Positions 43,727 to 53,963 of a stretch of DNA of 64,000 bases are shown here, in pieces. Every line of letters begins with the position of its first letter. Position 1 is the stretch's first letter. Below the pieces are notes generated by a model. It saw only the letters and a program-made list of their open reading frames with translations. It did no database searches and was not told the origin of the DNA. A program made the translations under genes and the position numbers. The DNA is from Porphyridium purpureum (lineage: Eukaryota), in the NCBI GenBank assembly GCA_008690995.1, contig VRMN01000001.1:3286001-3350000 (forward strand). Reading direction: 5' to 3'.

Positions 43727-46690
43727 TCAATCGGTGCCAAAGTCAACACCGGCGAGCCGGGCGTTCTTGTGCCCGAGTCGCAATGCCATTTCAGTAAAAC
43801 TGGACCAGTTGGAACCGAGAAGTGCACGCGTGCGTGCCAAGCACAAAACGTCAGCCAGCGCATACTTGACGCATTCGGCATCGCGGAATTCACAGGAGCG
43901 ATTGGGTCTTGGCAGCGTTATGACGCGATCTGGCAACGCGTTTTTCAGGTAAGTCACCGTGTCTGCCCCGTCGGCGGCTAAGAAGAAGCAAGTTGACGGA
44001 CTCTCTGCCAAAATTGCTTTCATCTCCTTTTCGAAGATTTGTGGACGTGCTTTTGACCTCCAATAGTCCATCGTTTCCTGCGCGCTTTGCGAATACTCAT
44101 CCTTCTGTACACCCTTAATGTCAGAGTCAAGCGACAAGTGCCTGATGTGCACGCCGACACAATTCTTCAACCCGCCCATGATCTGCCGGTTCACTTCTTC
44201 CACAATTGTCTGAACCTCTGGCACCGGGCGTAGTAAACGCAGCATTTGGTTTTCCGAGTCCCATGACGAGTACTGGCCCTTTGTTTGCATGATATACGCT
44301 GATTTGAAATAAATATGTCGCGTGAGGGAGTTGTCGATGAAAGCGTCCTTCACTGCACCATAACCCTCGGTGTCCATGTAGTTGTAAATCTGAAATGCGC
44401 CCCACGCCTTGTCAGCACCCGGTCCGCCTTTCATCGTCTCCGACAGCTCTGACCATTTCGAGCCTGCAAAGTCTGGAATCACGATCATCTTCTGCATAGC
44501 GGGTTCATATTGGAAAAGGCTTTGGAACGGCGCTTGCAGATGTGAGTCAGTCGGCCAGATGACAAGGAGGAAGCGATTGGTTCTGCGCGCAAACGACATG
44601 GCCGAGCCCAGTGCGCGCGCACGATTTCCCATTCCATGCATGACGTGTGCCACCAACACGCGCGCATGCGTCTCTGTCCGCTCCTCGGCAATTTCCTCCA
44701 AGTGATCGCGCAGTACAATCATCTCGAGTGGGTCAATGGCGTTCAGCAGCACAAGGGGAATACTGAAGCCATCGTGAAGTCGATTGATTAGCTCTGCCTT
44801 ACTCGTGAGGTTCGCGGGCCCAACCACACTCTTTCCGGCCGCCGTGACAGTCTTGGTGCCGCCACCCAACACAAGTGACTTTGAAAGCTCGCCGCCACTC
44901 TGTTCCCCGCGCGGGCGATGAAACTGCGCCTCGTACACAAATTTGCCGCGCTTGGCGATCGTGTACGTGGCCCTTAAATCAGCTGCAACCGTTTGCCACC
45001 GCCGCCGGGACTCGTGCTCGATGCGGTCTGTGCATTTTCGCTCAATGTCCATAAAAAAGGCTGCCGACTGCTCATCTGACGGAAGACTTTCGTCCGGCAA
45101 GGCGATGCGGAAAGCACTTTCTGGCGAAATGTCGTGAATTACCATAGGAGCGGCAGGGCTGGACATCAGTGGATGGGCTTGCGACATGCGACTGCTCTCC
45201 TGGGCCGTAAAGGCTTCAAGACGCAGCTCAAAATCGCGCTGACTCTCAGCGCGGAGAAATATGCGCTCATCGTAGCCACCAACAGACCAGAACAAATCTT
45301 GCGAAATATACATAATGGCACTCGTATCAAGTCGCACGCCGAATTCCACCGCATTGACAGTATTGGGCAGCGCATGGAGCCACCATCCGGCATGAATGGG
45401 AGACGAAGCGGTAAAACTTGATTGCGACTTATCCGACACCAAAGATGCTGCCGCTCTCGTGAGCTCCTGCTGATGCATCACGAAATCAGGGGACACCGCA
45501 ATATCACAGTCCATTAACAGCACATGACTGCCGGCAGCCAAACTCACACCGAGATTGAAGGCGCGCGAGATCGTGTATCGGTCGCTTGTAACGCCCTGGA
45601 CGCCCACATACTTGATACGCTTGTTCACGCCATGCACCATTTGCAGCATTTCCTCGCTACTTGAGCTGTCCACCACAATGACTTCTCCTAAACCATTCAG
45701 CTCCAGTACAGGTCCGAGAACTACGCCGAGCTTCTCAGAGTGCTCGTTGCAAGCAAGCACAACGCTGACGCCTGAAGACGACATTGACCCGAGGAAATTA
45801 CCGCCCAAGAATACAAACAGTAGTCGTAGTACAAGTAACATAACGGCTACCAACATCACGCTGCGCATTGTGGGTGACCGGATCACAGAAGCATACGATT
45901 TCCCCGCACCGGCTGCCATTGACGGAAACGTGTTCGGTATTGAAATGGGAATTCCATTCGCCAGCACAGCAGTTGCGGCGGTCGGCACGCCGCCGCCGCC
46001 GCCGCCCATCATCGCGGGGCTTGTTTCCCCGCGCACGCCGCCACTGGCGACGTGATTCTTGCTGCGATCATAAACACGGTTGGGAAAGTAAGCACTGCCA
46101 ACGCTGCGCATCGAACTACCCGTAGCCGAGACGCGCGCCGATTGATGTTCCCGATAAAGCGAATCCGACGTCGCCGCATGCTGCATCGGCATGGCGCCAC
46201 CGCCGACGCCCGCGACGCCGGCAGGGAATGCCGCATTCGCAGAAGGGATACCTGCGGCGGTGAGCGTGTTCATGGAGCCGCGCGAGGAAAGCAACGGGTC
46301 ATATGCTCCAGCGCCTTGAGGTGCAGTTGTCTTGCGGGATAAGTTACCGCCACCTCCACGCGTTTGGCCAGGTCGATACGGAGACGGTGATGTTGTTACA
46401 AGCTCTTCGCCACGTAGATACGCGGGCGAGCCTTCACCAGGGCCCTGAAGGCCAGCGGAGTATCCCTGTCCATGTGCACGGTTGTACATGTCGGGCAGCT
46501 GGGGACCATAGGCGTTCCAATCGGACGCCAGCTGCAGCCACACACCAGATTCCCTCGGCTGCGGATCTGATGCAGGTGGTGCCCCGACCAGGTACGGCTG
46601 TTGCGGATATGCGCTCTCCCACGAACTGAGCGAAAGGCTCCTGTCAAACTTTCCCTCTGGAAACCCGAGCTCTGCGGGTGCCTTCTGCAT
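43727..46690 (-). CDS. Two-domain type II membrane glycosyltransferase: GT-A (GT2-like) plus fucosyltransferase-like GT-B
   Basis: TM at ~aa 277-297; EVIVVDSSS, AFNLG, DCD and GGYDER; then HGMGNR, VGVHIR, FFLAAD and D..CL......GSNWSSFT. Confidence 0.75.
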   Translation of the reverse strand: MQKAPAELGFPEGKFDRSLSLSSWESAYPQQPYLVGAPPASDPQPRESGVWLQLASDWNAYGPQLPDMYNRAHGQGYSAGLQGPGEGSPAYLRGEELVTTSPSPYRPGQTRGGGGNLSRKTTAPQGAGAYDPLLSSRGSMNTLTAAGIPSANAAFPAGVAGVGGGAMPMQHAATSDSLYREHQSARVSATGSSMRSVGSAYFPNRVYDRSKNHVASGGVRGETSPAMMGGGGGGVPTAATAVLANGIPISIPNTFPSMAAGAGKSYASVIRSPTMRSVMLVAVMLLVLRLLFVFLGGNFLGSMSSSGVSVVLACNEHSEKLGVVLGPVLELNGLGEVIVVDSSSSEEMLQMVHGVNKRIKYVGVQGVTSDRYTISRAFNLGVSLAAGSHVLLMDCDIAVSPDFVMHQQELTRAAASLVSDKSQSSFTASSPIHAGWWLHALPNTVNAVEFGVRLDTSAIMYISQDLFWSVGGYDERIFLRAESQRDFELRLEAFTAQESSRMSQAHPLMSSPAAPMVIHDISPESAFRIALPDESLPSDEQSAAFFMDIERKCTDRIEHESRRRWQTVAADLRATYTIAKRGKFVYEAQFHRPRGEQSGGELSKSLVLGGGTKTVTAAGKSVVGPANLTSKAELINRLHDGFSIPLVLLNAIDPLEMIVLRDHLEEIAEERTETHARVLVAHVMHGMGNRARALGSAMSFARRTNRFLLVIWPTDSHLQAPFQSLFQYEPAMQKMIVIPDFAGSKWSELSETMKGGPGADKAWGAFQIYNYMDTEGYGAVKDAFIDNSLTRHIYFKSAYIMQTKGQYSSWDSENQMLRLLRPVPEVQTIVEEVNRQIMGGLKNCVGVHIRHLSLDSDIKGVQKDEYSQSAQETMDYWRSKARPQIFEKEMKAILAESPSTCFFLAADGADTVTYLKNALPDRVITLPRPNRSCEFRDAECVKYALADVLCLARTRALLGSNWSSFTEMALRLGHKNARLAGVDFGTD

Positions 46691-46840
46691 GATATCAGAG
46701 CGTTTCCGCCCCCCGGTGCAATGCTACGACGCTGAAAAATGCTACGCTCACAGCGAGCCTGTGCCTTGCTCGAGCATCACTTTCCCGAGTCCACCCCTTG
46801 CAGCTCTCCCCTTCACCCCCTACCCTTCAACACCCACCCT

Positions 46841-46864
46841 CACACACACACACACACACACACT
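46841..46864. repeat. (CA)n microsatellite in the glycosyltransferase 5' leader
   Basis: Direct read. Confidence 0.85.
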
Positions 46865-48362
46865 CTTATACCGAGAAGCTCTGTCTCTCACCTCGCCACG
46901 TGTTCGCCTCGCAGAGGGTCCTTTCCGCTTCCACTGGGCGTGCAGCGGTTGCAGCGCGACGTCACTCGCGCGAGCGTGGGTCTGCTTTCGCGCAGTCGTC
47001 TGTCACTGCAGGGGGGCCAGGTCATCTGCCGCCCCGCCAACCTGCGCAACAGAAGTGTGGTTGTCCCCGCGCGTCGCTTGTCACTCCTCGCCTCCCGCGC
47101 AGCGTGCGATTCCGATTCCAAGTCGGCCCTCACGCTCACACGCGCGCACTGTACCTCCCCCCAACCGCGATCGATCAACCGCCGCGTGCTTCCTCCCGTC
47201 CGTTTGCGTGGCCGCCTGCGTATGCGCGCACCACCAGACCCACCACGCCACACCCTGCGCGCGCGCAGACGATCTTCTCTGTGCTCCAGCCAAACTCCCA
47301 GCCACGCGCCACCGTGGATCTCCTCTCGCTCTTCCTCTCCGACCGTCCTCCTCCTCTTCCTTTTATCAACCTCCAATGCGCGCATCCCCAGCGAGCCAAC
47401 AATTTACCATCATCGTATGCATCAATCCTTTCCATCTCTTTCTCACTCACTCACCAACCATCACCCGTTGGTCGGTCACGTGTCTCACTTACCATCATCA
47501 TAGTAAATCACCATCACTTTCATATAAAGTAGTACACTTCCTCATAAACCTTGTACTGGATCCTCATACGAAAACATACACAAGGGTTAGCAGCTCGCTA
47601 AAAGCTGGTTCGTCGCGTTTTCTCTGCGTTTGTTGGGGGTAATCATCCGGGAACGCGGGCGACTAAAAAAAGAAGTCGACGCGGAAGAATCGTGACGAGA
47701 ACATGCTGGATTGATGTGAGGCCGCGCAAGAAGCGACGCCAAAAGAAGAAACAACGACGACACGCACATGCGCTGCTGAATTTTTATCAGCCGGAATCAT
47801 TGGATGGGGTCTTTTTGATATGAATAACAGAACACCTAAGCTCAGGGGTACAGTAGTCACGCGGGGTGCCATTTTGGTTTGATATGTAGACTGGGCGTGT
47901 TTACCAGAAAGCTGCGGCGCGAGCTCAAATGGCACAAACACAAGCTTGAATCCAAGTGTACGTTTTACTGTACTTTCTCCATGACATTATTTTTTAATCC
48001 TTTTTTTAAAAAAAGGGACCGGAACGAAAATCTGACTGTAGGGGAGGATGGAAGACGCAAGGCGGCTGGGATGGAGATGGGAACGGCGCAGGGACGTGGA
48101 ATGGTGGTGGGTTGAGGGCGGAGAGCGTGCGGAATTGGACGGTCCGGGGGCCGTGCTTCGGGTCGTGTGGGTGTGGGAGCGCAACTGGGTCATGTGGTGG
48201 ACTCCACGCTGCGTCGCGTGGTAGAAGAGAGACCGGTTCGTTCGACTGGTCGAGTGGCCTTTAGACAAGGTCTGGACAGAAGTGCGGTCCTGACCTGGGC
48301 TCGACAGTCGCACAAGCGCGTGCTGCGCGGGGTCGGTATCGGCCCTGAAGAACCGTAGGAAA

Positions 48363-48854
48363 ATGGTACCTTTGCAGAACAAGGTTTTGCAAAACGGTAT
48401 GCTGCGCGTGCTCCAAGGGTGCGCGCGTGTAGGGCTGGCGGAGACATCCGCCGGAAAACTTCCGACCGCGTCCATGTTCGACAGCTCGAATGGCTTCGAG
48501 GCCTGTGGCCGGCTGGCATGGTCGACGCGCGCTTTGAGCGGCGGCAAGGAACCCGGCAGTGGGTGTAAGAGCGACTTGACCAGCAAGCAGCGCCAGGCTG
48601 CGCAAGCGCTGCGTAGGACTGCTGAAGAGCGCGCAGCGCACGAGCAGATGAGGCGCATGGCCGAGCTGGCGAGCCAGAGCATGATGCCCTGGGAGCGAAG
48701 GCAAATGGACGGTGCCGGTGGGCCGCTCAGTGGGTATGAGAAAATGTACTGGGTGCTCTTTTCGTTTGTGGGCGTGCCCGCGCTGGTGTGGGAGCTGTTC
48801 CTCTCACCACACGGACGAACCCGTCTACGCCGGCTGTTTGCGGCCAGTGAATAA
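48363..48854 (+). CDS. Small single-TM protein, probably mitochondrial, uncharacterised
   Basis: Arg-rich presequence-like N-terminus, helical charged segment, MMPWE motif and a C-terminal TM (YWVLFSFVGVPALVW). Confidence 0.6.
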   Translation: MVPLQNKVLQNGMLRVLQGCARVGLAETSAGKLPTASMFDSSNGFEACGRLAWSTRALSGGKEPGSGCKSDLTSKQRQAAQALRRTAEERAAHEQMRRMAELASQSMMPWERRQMDGAGGPLSGYEKMYWVLFSFVGVPALVWELFLSPHGRTRLRRLFAASE

Positions 48855-48878
48855 TTCGCATGGACGCTAAGGACCTTA

Positions 48879-49772
48879 ATGTACAGATTGTGTGTAAACG
48901 CCAGTTGGCGCCTGTATTTGTTTCGGACTGCCTTATTCGCCGCCATGAAGCGCGCGCTAGAGACGATTCCGCGACTTCGACGGCTGCCAAGGCAGCCGCA
49001 AGCGTCGGCAAATCTATCCCTGAAGGCGCGATCGCTCACGACGCAGCCACCCAGGCAGCCAGAACCAGAACCGCGGGGAAGGCAGTGGACGGGCAAGTGG
49101 GACCAGCGCTTAAACGCGGCAAATGCGATCACCACTGCCCGCATGTGCAGCGCTCCTGTGTTGGGCAACTGGATCATGACAGGAAACCTGGACGCTGCGC
49201 TTCTGGGCTTGGTCGTTGCCGGTGCATCGGACGTATTGGACGGCTACCTGGCGCGGCACCACGGCATGAGCACCGTCCTTGGCAGCTACCTGGACCCGCT
49301 CAGTGATAAGATCATGCTGCTGTGTGTGTATGGCGCCCTGGGAGCGACTGGGCTAGCACCGCTTCATGTTGCTGGCATTGTCATCGGCAGAGATGTGATT
49401 CAAATCGGTGCGTCCTTTGCTCTGCGCGGTTCGGACATCGGTGCAATTGTTTCAGCGCAGCCAGAACGAGATGCGCTCGCCAAGCCGCTCACAGTGACAG
49501 CCATCTCCAAGCTGAACACCGCGCTTCAGATCGCGTTCGCGCTGCTTGTGCTGGTCGACGGCTCTACTCGGACGCGCGCTTGGCTCTCAACTACGTGGGG
49601 CGGCGCGCAGGACGACCCAGCGAACAAAGTAAGTGCAGGCAGGGAAGAGACAAAAAAGGATAACAAAGAACTTTTAGATTGGCTGGGAAACGCAGTGGCA
49701 GTGTCGACCATCGCGGCGGGCGCCTCGTACGTGGTACCAGCGCTCCTCCGGCGGAGACGCGTGCGAGTGTGA
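48879..49772 (+). CDS. CRLS1: Cardiolipin synthase (CDP-alcohol phosphatidyltransferase)
   Basis: NAITTAR, SDVLDGYLAR...GSYLDPLSDK, IGRD and SKLNTALQ; mitochondrial presequence-like N-terminus. Confidence 0.82.
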   Translation: MYRLCVNASWRLYLFRTALFAAMKRALETIPRLRRLPRQPQASANLSLKARSLTTQPPRQPEPEPRGRQWTGKWDQRLNAANAITTARMCSAPVLGNWIMTGNLDAALLGLVVAGASDVLDGYLARHHGMSTVLGSYLDPLSDKIMLLCVYGALGATGLAPLHVAGIVIGRDVIQIGASFALRGSDIGAIVSAQPERDALAKPLTVTAISKLNTALQIAFALLVLVDGSTRTRAWLSTTWGGAQDDPANKVSAGREETKKDNKELLDWLGNAVAVSTIAAGASYVVPALLRRRRVRV

Positions 49773-49821
49773 AACGCTGAGCCAGTAGTTCAGGTTGGCT
49801 GCGACAAGTCAACGCTGTGCG

Positions 49822-50109
49822 ATGAACTTTGAAAGCCGCTCGGACATGGAGCACACAAATAGCCCTGCAGGACAGCGTGCCGCATCCGCCGAGGACAAGG
49901 ACGCAAAGGCCCGGCAGGTCGCGCTGGAACTTTGTGAGGTTTTGAATCTGGAAGTGAGTGACGAAATCCTGCAGTCTATTCAGGGACTCTGTCACGCCGG
50001 CGTCGATCCCAGCGCGATTGCGTCCGCAGTGCGTGAGGCGCAGAGCGCTGCTGCAGAAGCTACGCGCGCTGCCGCTGATGCTGAATCTGTCGCGGTCAAG
50101 AAGCAGTAG
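49822..50109 (+). CDS. MZT1: MOZART1/GIP-like gamma-tubulin complex microprotein
   Basis: ELCEVLNLEVSDEIL....LCHAGVDPSAIASAVRE matches the MZT1 consensus (LL..GLD...L......GVNPEALA.VV+E). Confidence 0.65.
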   Translation: MNFESRSDMEHTNSPAGQRAASAEDKDAKARQVALELCEVLNLEVSDEILQSIQGLCHAGVDPSAIASAVREAQSAAAEATRAAADAESVAVKKQ

Positions 50110-50170
50110 CGTGTGTGTATGTGTAGACCGTTTTCTTTTCATCTTCTTTTATTTGCATGTGGAAAATGGG

Positions 50171-50941
50171 TCAACTGCGCCCGGTAGTATCGCGACAATC
50201 ATTCACAAACTGCACAACATGGTCGGCTGCCAAGTCAGCGCATTGGACCCAAAAGTGATCGGCGTCAGGCTCCCATATGTGCCGAACGCGCCCATTCGTC
50301 GTACAACTCGAATTCGTCTCGAGCCAATTGACCAAGGCCTGCGTGTCTTCCTCAGAAGCAAAGGAGTCTTGGTGACCCGCTACCACACACAATGACGTGT
50401 CCTGCAAGTCCACGTGCAGGAGCTCCGGGACCCGCAGCCACCCCAGCAACAGCCTGGCGGCCCACCCCGCTGGGTATGAAACAGCGACCAGCCCACGGAT
50501 CCGTGAGCGCGCTGTGGCGTCATTCGCAAGAACGCGACCCCCGCCAGCAAGTGCCAGCGCGGCTCCGAAACTGTACCCGACAACAAAGAGTTGCGCGGGC
50601 TGCGCCATCGCCGCGAGCTGATCGCGGATGAGCGCCTCGACAACCGCCAACTCGTTGGTTCCTCGCCACGACCAGCCCATCCCGCCGAGTTCCGGCAGCA
50701 CGCACAGCACGCCGCCCCGAGCCAGCGCGCTCCCTAGTGCCATCGTGACGTGATCAAATCGCGACCCGCCCAGCTTTGGGTGTGGATGCAGCACAATAGC
50801 GCGATCACATGTCGCTAGCGCCGCACCCGTTCCCGTGTTGCCACGTGCCGTACACGGATACAGCTCAGTTGTTGTCACGCGCACTTCCTGAGTGCCCACA
50901 TAGACGGTGCGCAACACATCGTGACTTGACACTGGAGGCAT
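50171..50941 (-). CDS. Alpha/beta hydrolase (HPHP..GG family)
   Basis: HPHPKLGG, nucleophile elbow GYSFG, G..D and DHFW. Confidence 0.82.
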   Translation of the reverse strand: MPPVSSHDVLRTVYVGTQEVRVTTTELYPCTARGNTGTGAALATCDRAIVLHPHPKLGGSRFDHVTMALGSALARGGVLCVLPELGGMGWSWRGTNELAVVEALIRDQLAAMAQPAQLFVVGYSFGAALALAGGGRVLANDATARSRIRGLVAVSYPAGWAARLLLGWLRVPELLHVDLQDTSLCVVAGHQDSFASEEDTQALVNWLETNSSCTTNGRVRHIWEPDADHFWVQCADLAADHVVQFVNDCRDTTGRS

Positions 50942-51063
50942 GTCGCGCAACGAAGCAATCAAGACGAACAAGTACCCTTTTCCGGGCCAGCTTTACTTTC
51001 GAGAGCCGTTCGTGCAAGCGCGTGTAAATAGACGGGCAAGAATGGGTACGTGAGCCCAGCTTC

Positions 51064-51833
51064 TCAGGAAGCCTCCTGATTCGGCACCGGCATGTCAGAC
51101 GATACATGCGTATCCGCTGCTGCCTTCTCATTCTGCTGACGCCAATACTCCTCCTTCTTGCGCTTGGTAGCAACGCGCACTCGGCGCTCATACTCGGTGT
51201 CCTGGCACGTCATGTATGCCTTGCGTTCTGGCATGCACTTGTTCGGATTCCACCACGTATCCCAGCGACATTCGTTCAGCGGGATCAAGAGGTGTGCGCA
51301 GTTGTCGCGCCATGCTAGGGGAACATGTGCGCGGCGCATTTCCTCCTTGGTGGCGATCATTGGCGCTGCATTCGAAAAGAAGAGCAAAAGAGAACGAAAT
51401 ACCACGGCGTTGGGAGATAGTAAGCATTGAAGGGATTACGAATTGCGAGATCACGACCGACGGTTCAAGCAACGCATTTCATGCGGAAGAAAAATTGAAA
51501 GAAAAAAAAAAAAAAAGAGAACGACACCAACACGGCAATATCCAAACAAGAAACAAAGCCCATCGTCACGCGCCGTAAAGAAGAAAAATTTAAGAGACGG
51601 TCAGCAAGCGACTCCATAATCAAGGCAGCGCGTCACACACGGGAGCCGGTCTCTTGCGCGCCACTTCTCAAGCGGATGCACGACCACGTCCGTGTTGTGT
51701 GTTGGCTACAATCGCGCGCGTGCTGCGCTAGTGTGCATGAAACCGTGGGCGGCTGCGCGCCACCGCGAAACGTACGTTTCTCATCTGGATCTTTCTCATG
51801 TGCCGCACCGTGTCCATGATCATGCCCTCCCAT
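51064..51833 (-). CDS. NDUFB7: NADH:ubiquinone oxidoreductase subunit B7 (B18); two exons, join(51833..51776,51365..51064)
   Basis: MIATKEEM...VPLAWRDNCAHLLIPLNECR...C..ER..Y..C; the spliced N-terminus MGGHDHGHGAAHEKDPDEKPPMIAT is in frame. Confidence 0.9.
51366..51775 (-). other. Spliceosomal intron (410 nt) in NDUFB7
   Basis: Donor GTACGT; branch-like GCTTAC near 51420; pyrimidine tract; acceptor TGCAG; splicing restores the frame. Confidence 0.8.
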
Positions 51834-52181
51834 GATGACCGCACCACCCAGACCACAACCCTTCAAGCCGTCTCTTCCTCTCTCTCTCACACAAACACAA
51901 TCCCTTCTCTCCCTTCTTCCCCACACTCATCACGACTATTACTGGCAGCGTATATCAATGCGCCGCAACCTGGTATGCTCGTGGCGTTCACACACCATTT
52001 ACTAGTCAGTCTGGCTGTTTTCATAGAAAAACCGAAAGGGCTTCAGCGCCACAATGAGTGTACCCAACTGTACATTTGTGTACAGTGAGTGAGAACGCGC
52101 GGTTCGGTTCGAGTGGTGTGGGACTTGCGGCGGGGAATTGGATGGGGGAGCGAGGGGGGAAGAGGTTGGGATGAAGCGGGG

Positions 52182-53081
52182 ATGGTCGGAGCGCGATATG
52201 ACAAGGAATGGTACCGCGGCAACCACCTGTTTCCCTGCGGGGGACGGGTGATTGTGGGGCCCAAGTGGCCCGGGTTGTTCCTGACGCTGGGGCTGTTGCT
52301 GCTGGGCCTGGGCGTTGGCGTCGCGACATGCGCGTGGATGATGCTCGAGCAAGGACCGCCCAGCGCGCCCCGTCCGTACAGAGAGCTTGGCATCGGGCTC
52401 GTCGTGCCGTTTGTGCTCATGTGGATGCTCGCGCTCGCGTTTCTAGTGCGCGTGAGCTTGACAGACCCGGGCGTCGTCAGGAGTTCCGAGACTGAGCCGC
52501 CAGGCATGCGCGCAGACGGCGAGCAGCAGGGCAACCGCATGCGAAGGCTACCCGTCACAATTGATGGAGTTCTGTACAAACACCGATTTTGCGAAACCTG
52601 CCGAATCTGGCGCCCGCTGCGATGCAGTCATTGCGCTGTGTGCAACGCGTGCATTGACCGCTTCGACCATCACTGCCCGTGGCTCGCGGGCTGCGTGGGA
52701 CGCCGCAACTATCGCCATTATGTCTTCTTCTGCTTCTTTACCTGCATGAGCTGCATCATACAGATGGCGATTGGTATTGTGCAACTGACTCGTCCCAAAT
52801 GCGACGAGAGCGGCGACGAGTGTCTGTGGCTGAGCTGGGGAGTCGTCACCGCAATTTTGTGTGTCGTTGAGGGCGGCTTCTTCTCGATGATGACGCTGTC
52901 CCTTGTGAGCTACCACACCTTCCTTATGTGGCAGAACATGACGACCAAGGAGCACAAGCAGCAGGGACGCGAGCACCCCGAGCCCGAGCGCGGCTGGCCA
53001 AGTGTGAAATCGATTCTTTTTGGAAGGTTGCCTCCTAGCGCTTTTGAACCATTACAATCTCAAAAGCAGAATAATTTATAG
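52182..53081 (+). CDS. DHHC protein S-acyltransferase
   Basis: TDPG, CETCRIWRPLRCSHCAVCNACIDRFDHHCPW, GRRNYR and NMTTKE. Confidence 0.93.
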   Translation: MVGARYDKEWYRGNHLFPCGGRVIVGPKWPGLFLTLGLLLLGLGVGVATCAWMMLEQGPPSAPRPYRELGIGLVVPFVLMWMLALAFLVRVSLTDPGVVRSSETEPPGMRADGEQQGNRMRRLPVTIDGVLYKHRFCETCRIWRPLRCSHCAVCNACIDRFDHHCPWLAGCVGRRNYRHYVFFCFFTCMSCIIQMAIGIVQLTRPKCDESGDECLWLSWGVVTAILCVVEGGFFSMMTLSLVSYHTFLMWQNMTTKEHKQQGREHPEPERGWPSVKSILFGRLPPSAFEPLQSQKQNNL

Positions 53082-53199
53082 ATCACATTATTGTCAAGTT
53101 GTTCTTGTTGTCCGCACAGTGAGGTTGAGCAAGGAAACTGCCTCTGCCTCTACCTTTGCCTGTACTTCTGCCTCTGCGCATGTACATGTGGAATCGACC

Positions 53200-53901
53200 T
53201 CACGGGGATTTTGTACCATCGGCCCCTGCCATAAAGTTAAACGTGACAGCTTTCTCATCATTTCCGCGACCGTGATTCTGCACTGAAGTTGCGAGTGAGT
53301 TCGGAGTGAAGGTCGATGGCATCTCATGTGCGTCGCGCGGCAAAATCATTTGTGATCCTTCTCGTACACCCTCGGCTTCGACAAGGTGGTTCTCCTGAGG
53401 CACTACGTCATTCCGTGAGCCTCTGGGACTGACGGAACTTTGATGTGCTTCCCGCAAATTTCCTGCACCAAGTGAGCTATCGCGATCACTTGCATTCGGC
53501 TGCTGTGCCTCCTTCTTAGCCCTAAAGTAACCCACAACCGCAAAGACTAGCACCTGCAACATTGCAAAACCAGCCAGCACTGACAGCGCCACCCACCCGC
53601 TGGAAGTGGGAACGCCTGCGCACCAGCAGTCAATCACAGTTGTATTTATGGCCGGATCATCCCGCGGTACGAGTGGCGCTGTGACACAACACTTCCACTC
53701 GAACATCCAGTTGTTCTCTGGGCAAAAGCAGAACGTGTTGCCCTGCAGGAAAGGATAAGAGATGCAGTCGTCATCCGACACGGTCAACTCGCACTGGGGA
53801 AACGTCGACGAAAAAGTCACGCCGTCTTGCCCAAGTGCGCAGCGGCGCAGCGCGAAGAGCACGAACAGCGCGAACAAAGCGCTCCGGCCTCGCGGCAGCA
53901 T
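53200..53901 (-). CDS. Type I membrane protein with a small Cys-rich ectodomain
   Basis: Signal peptide; 8 Cys in an ~65-aa ectodomain; TM helix followed by RAKK; disordered tail. Confidence 0.7.
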   Translation of the reverse strand: MLPRGRSALFALFVLFALRRCALGQDGVTFSSTFPQCELTVSDDDCISYPFLQGNTFCFCPENNWMFEWKCCVTAPLVPRDDPAINTTVIDCWCAGVPTSSGWVALSVLAGFAMLQVLVFAVVGYFRAKKEAQQPNASDRDSSLGAGNLREAHQSSVSPRGSRNDVVPQENHLVEAEGVREGSQMILPRDAHEMPSTFTPNSLATSVQNHGRGNDEKAVTFNFMAGADGTKSP

Positions 53902-53963
53902 CGTACCCCTTTTCTCGCTCTTCCGCTTCGCCTGTTGAGTCGCGCAGAAAAGCAGAAGGGACT

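Noticed and set aside
46732..47492. Possible 5' UTR intron (minus-strand GTAAGT at 47492 to TTTTTCAG at 46732)
   Set aside because: No convincing branch point and no reading frame to test it against; cannot be supported without RNA data.
46689..47642. ORFs of 244-317 aa in the region upstream of the two-domain GT
   Set aside because: They translate microsatellite and pyrimidine-rich leader sequence (THTHTH, Pro/Ser-rich) and show no coding signal.
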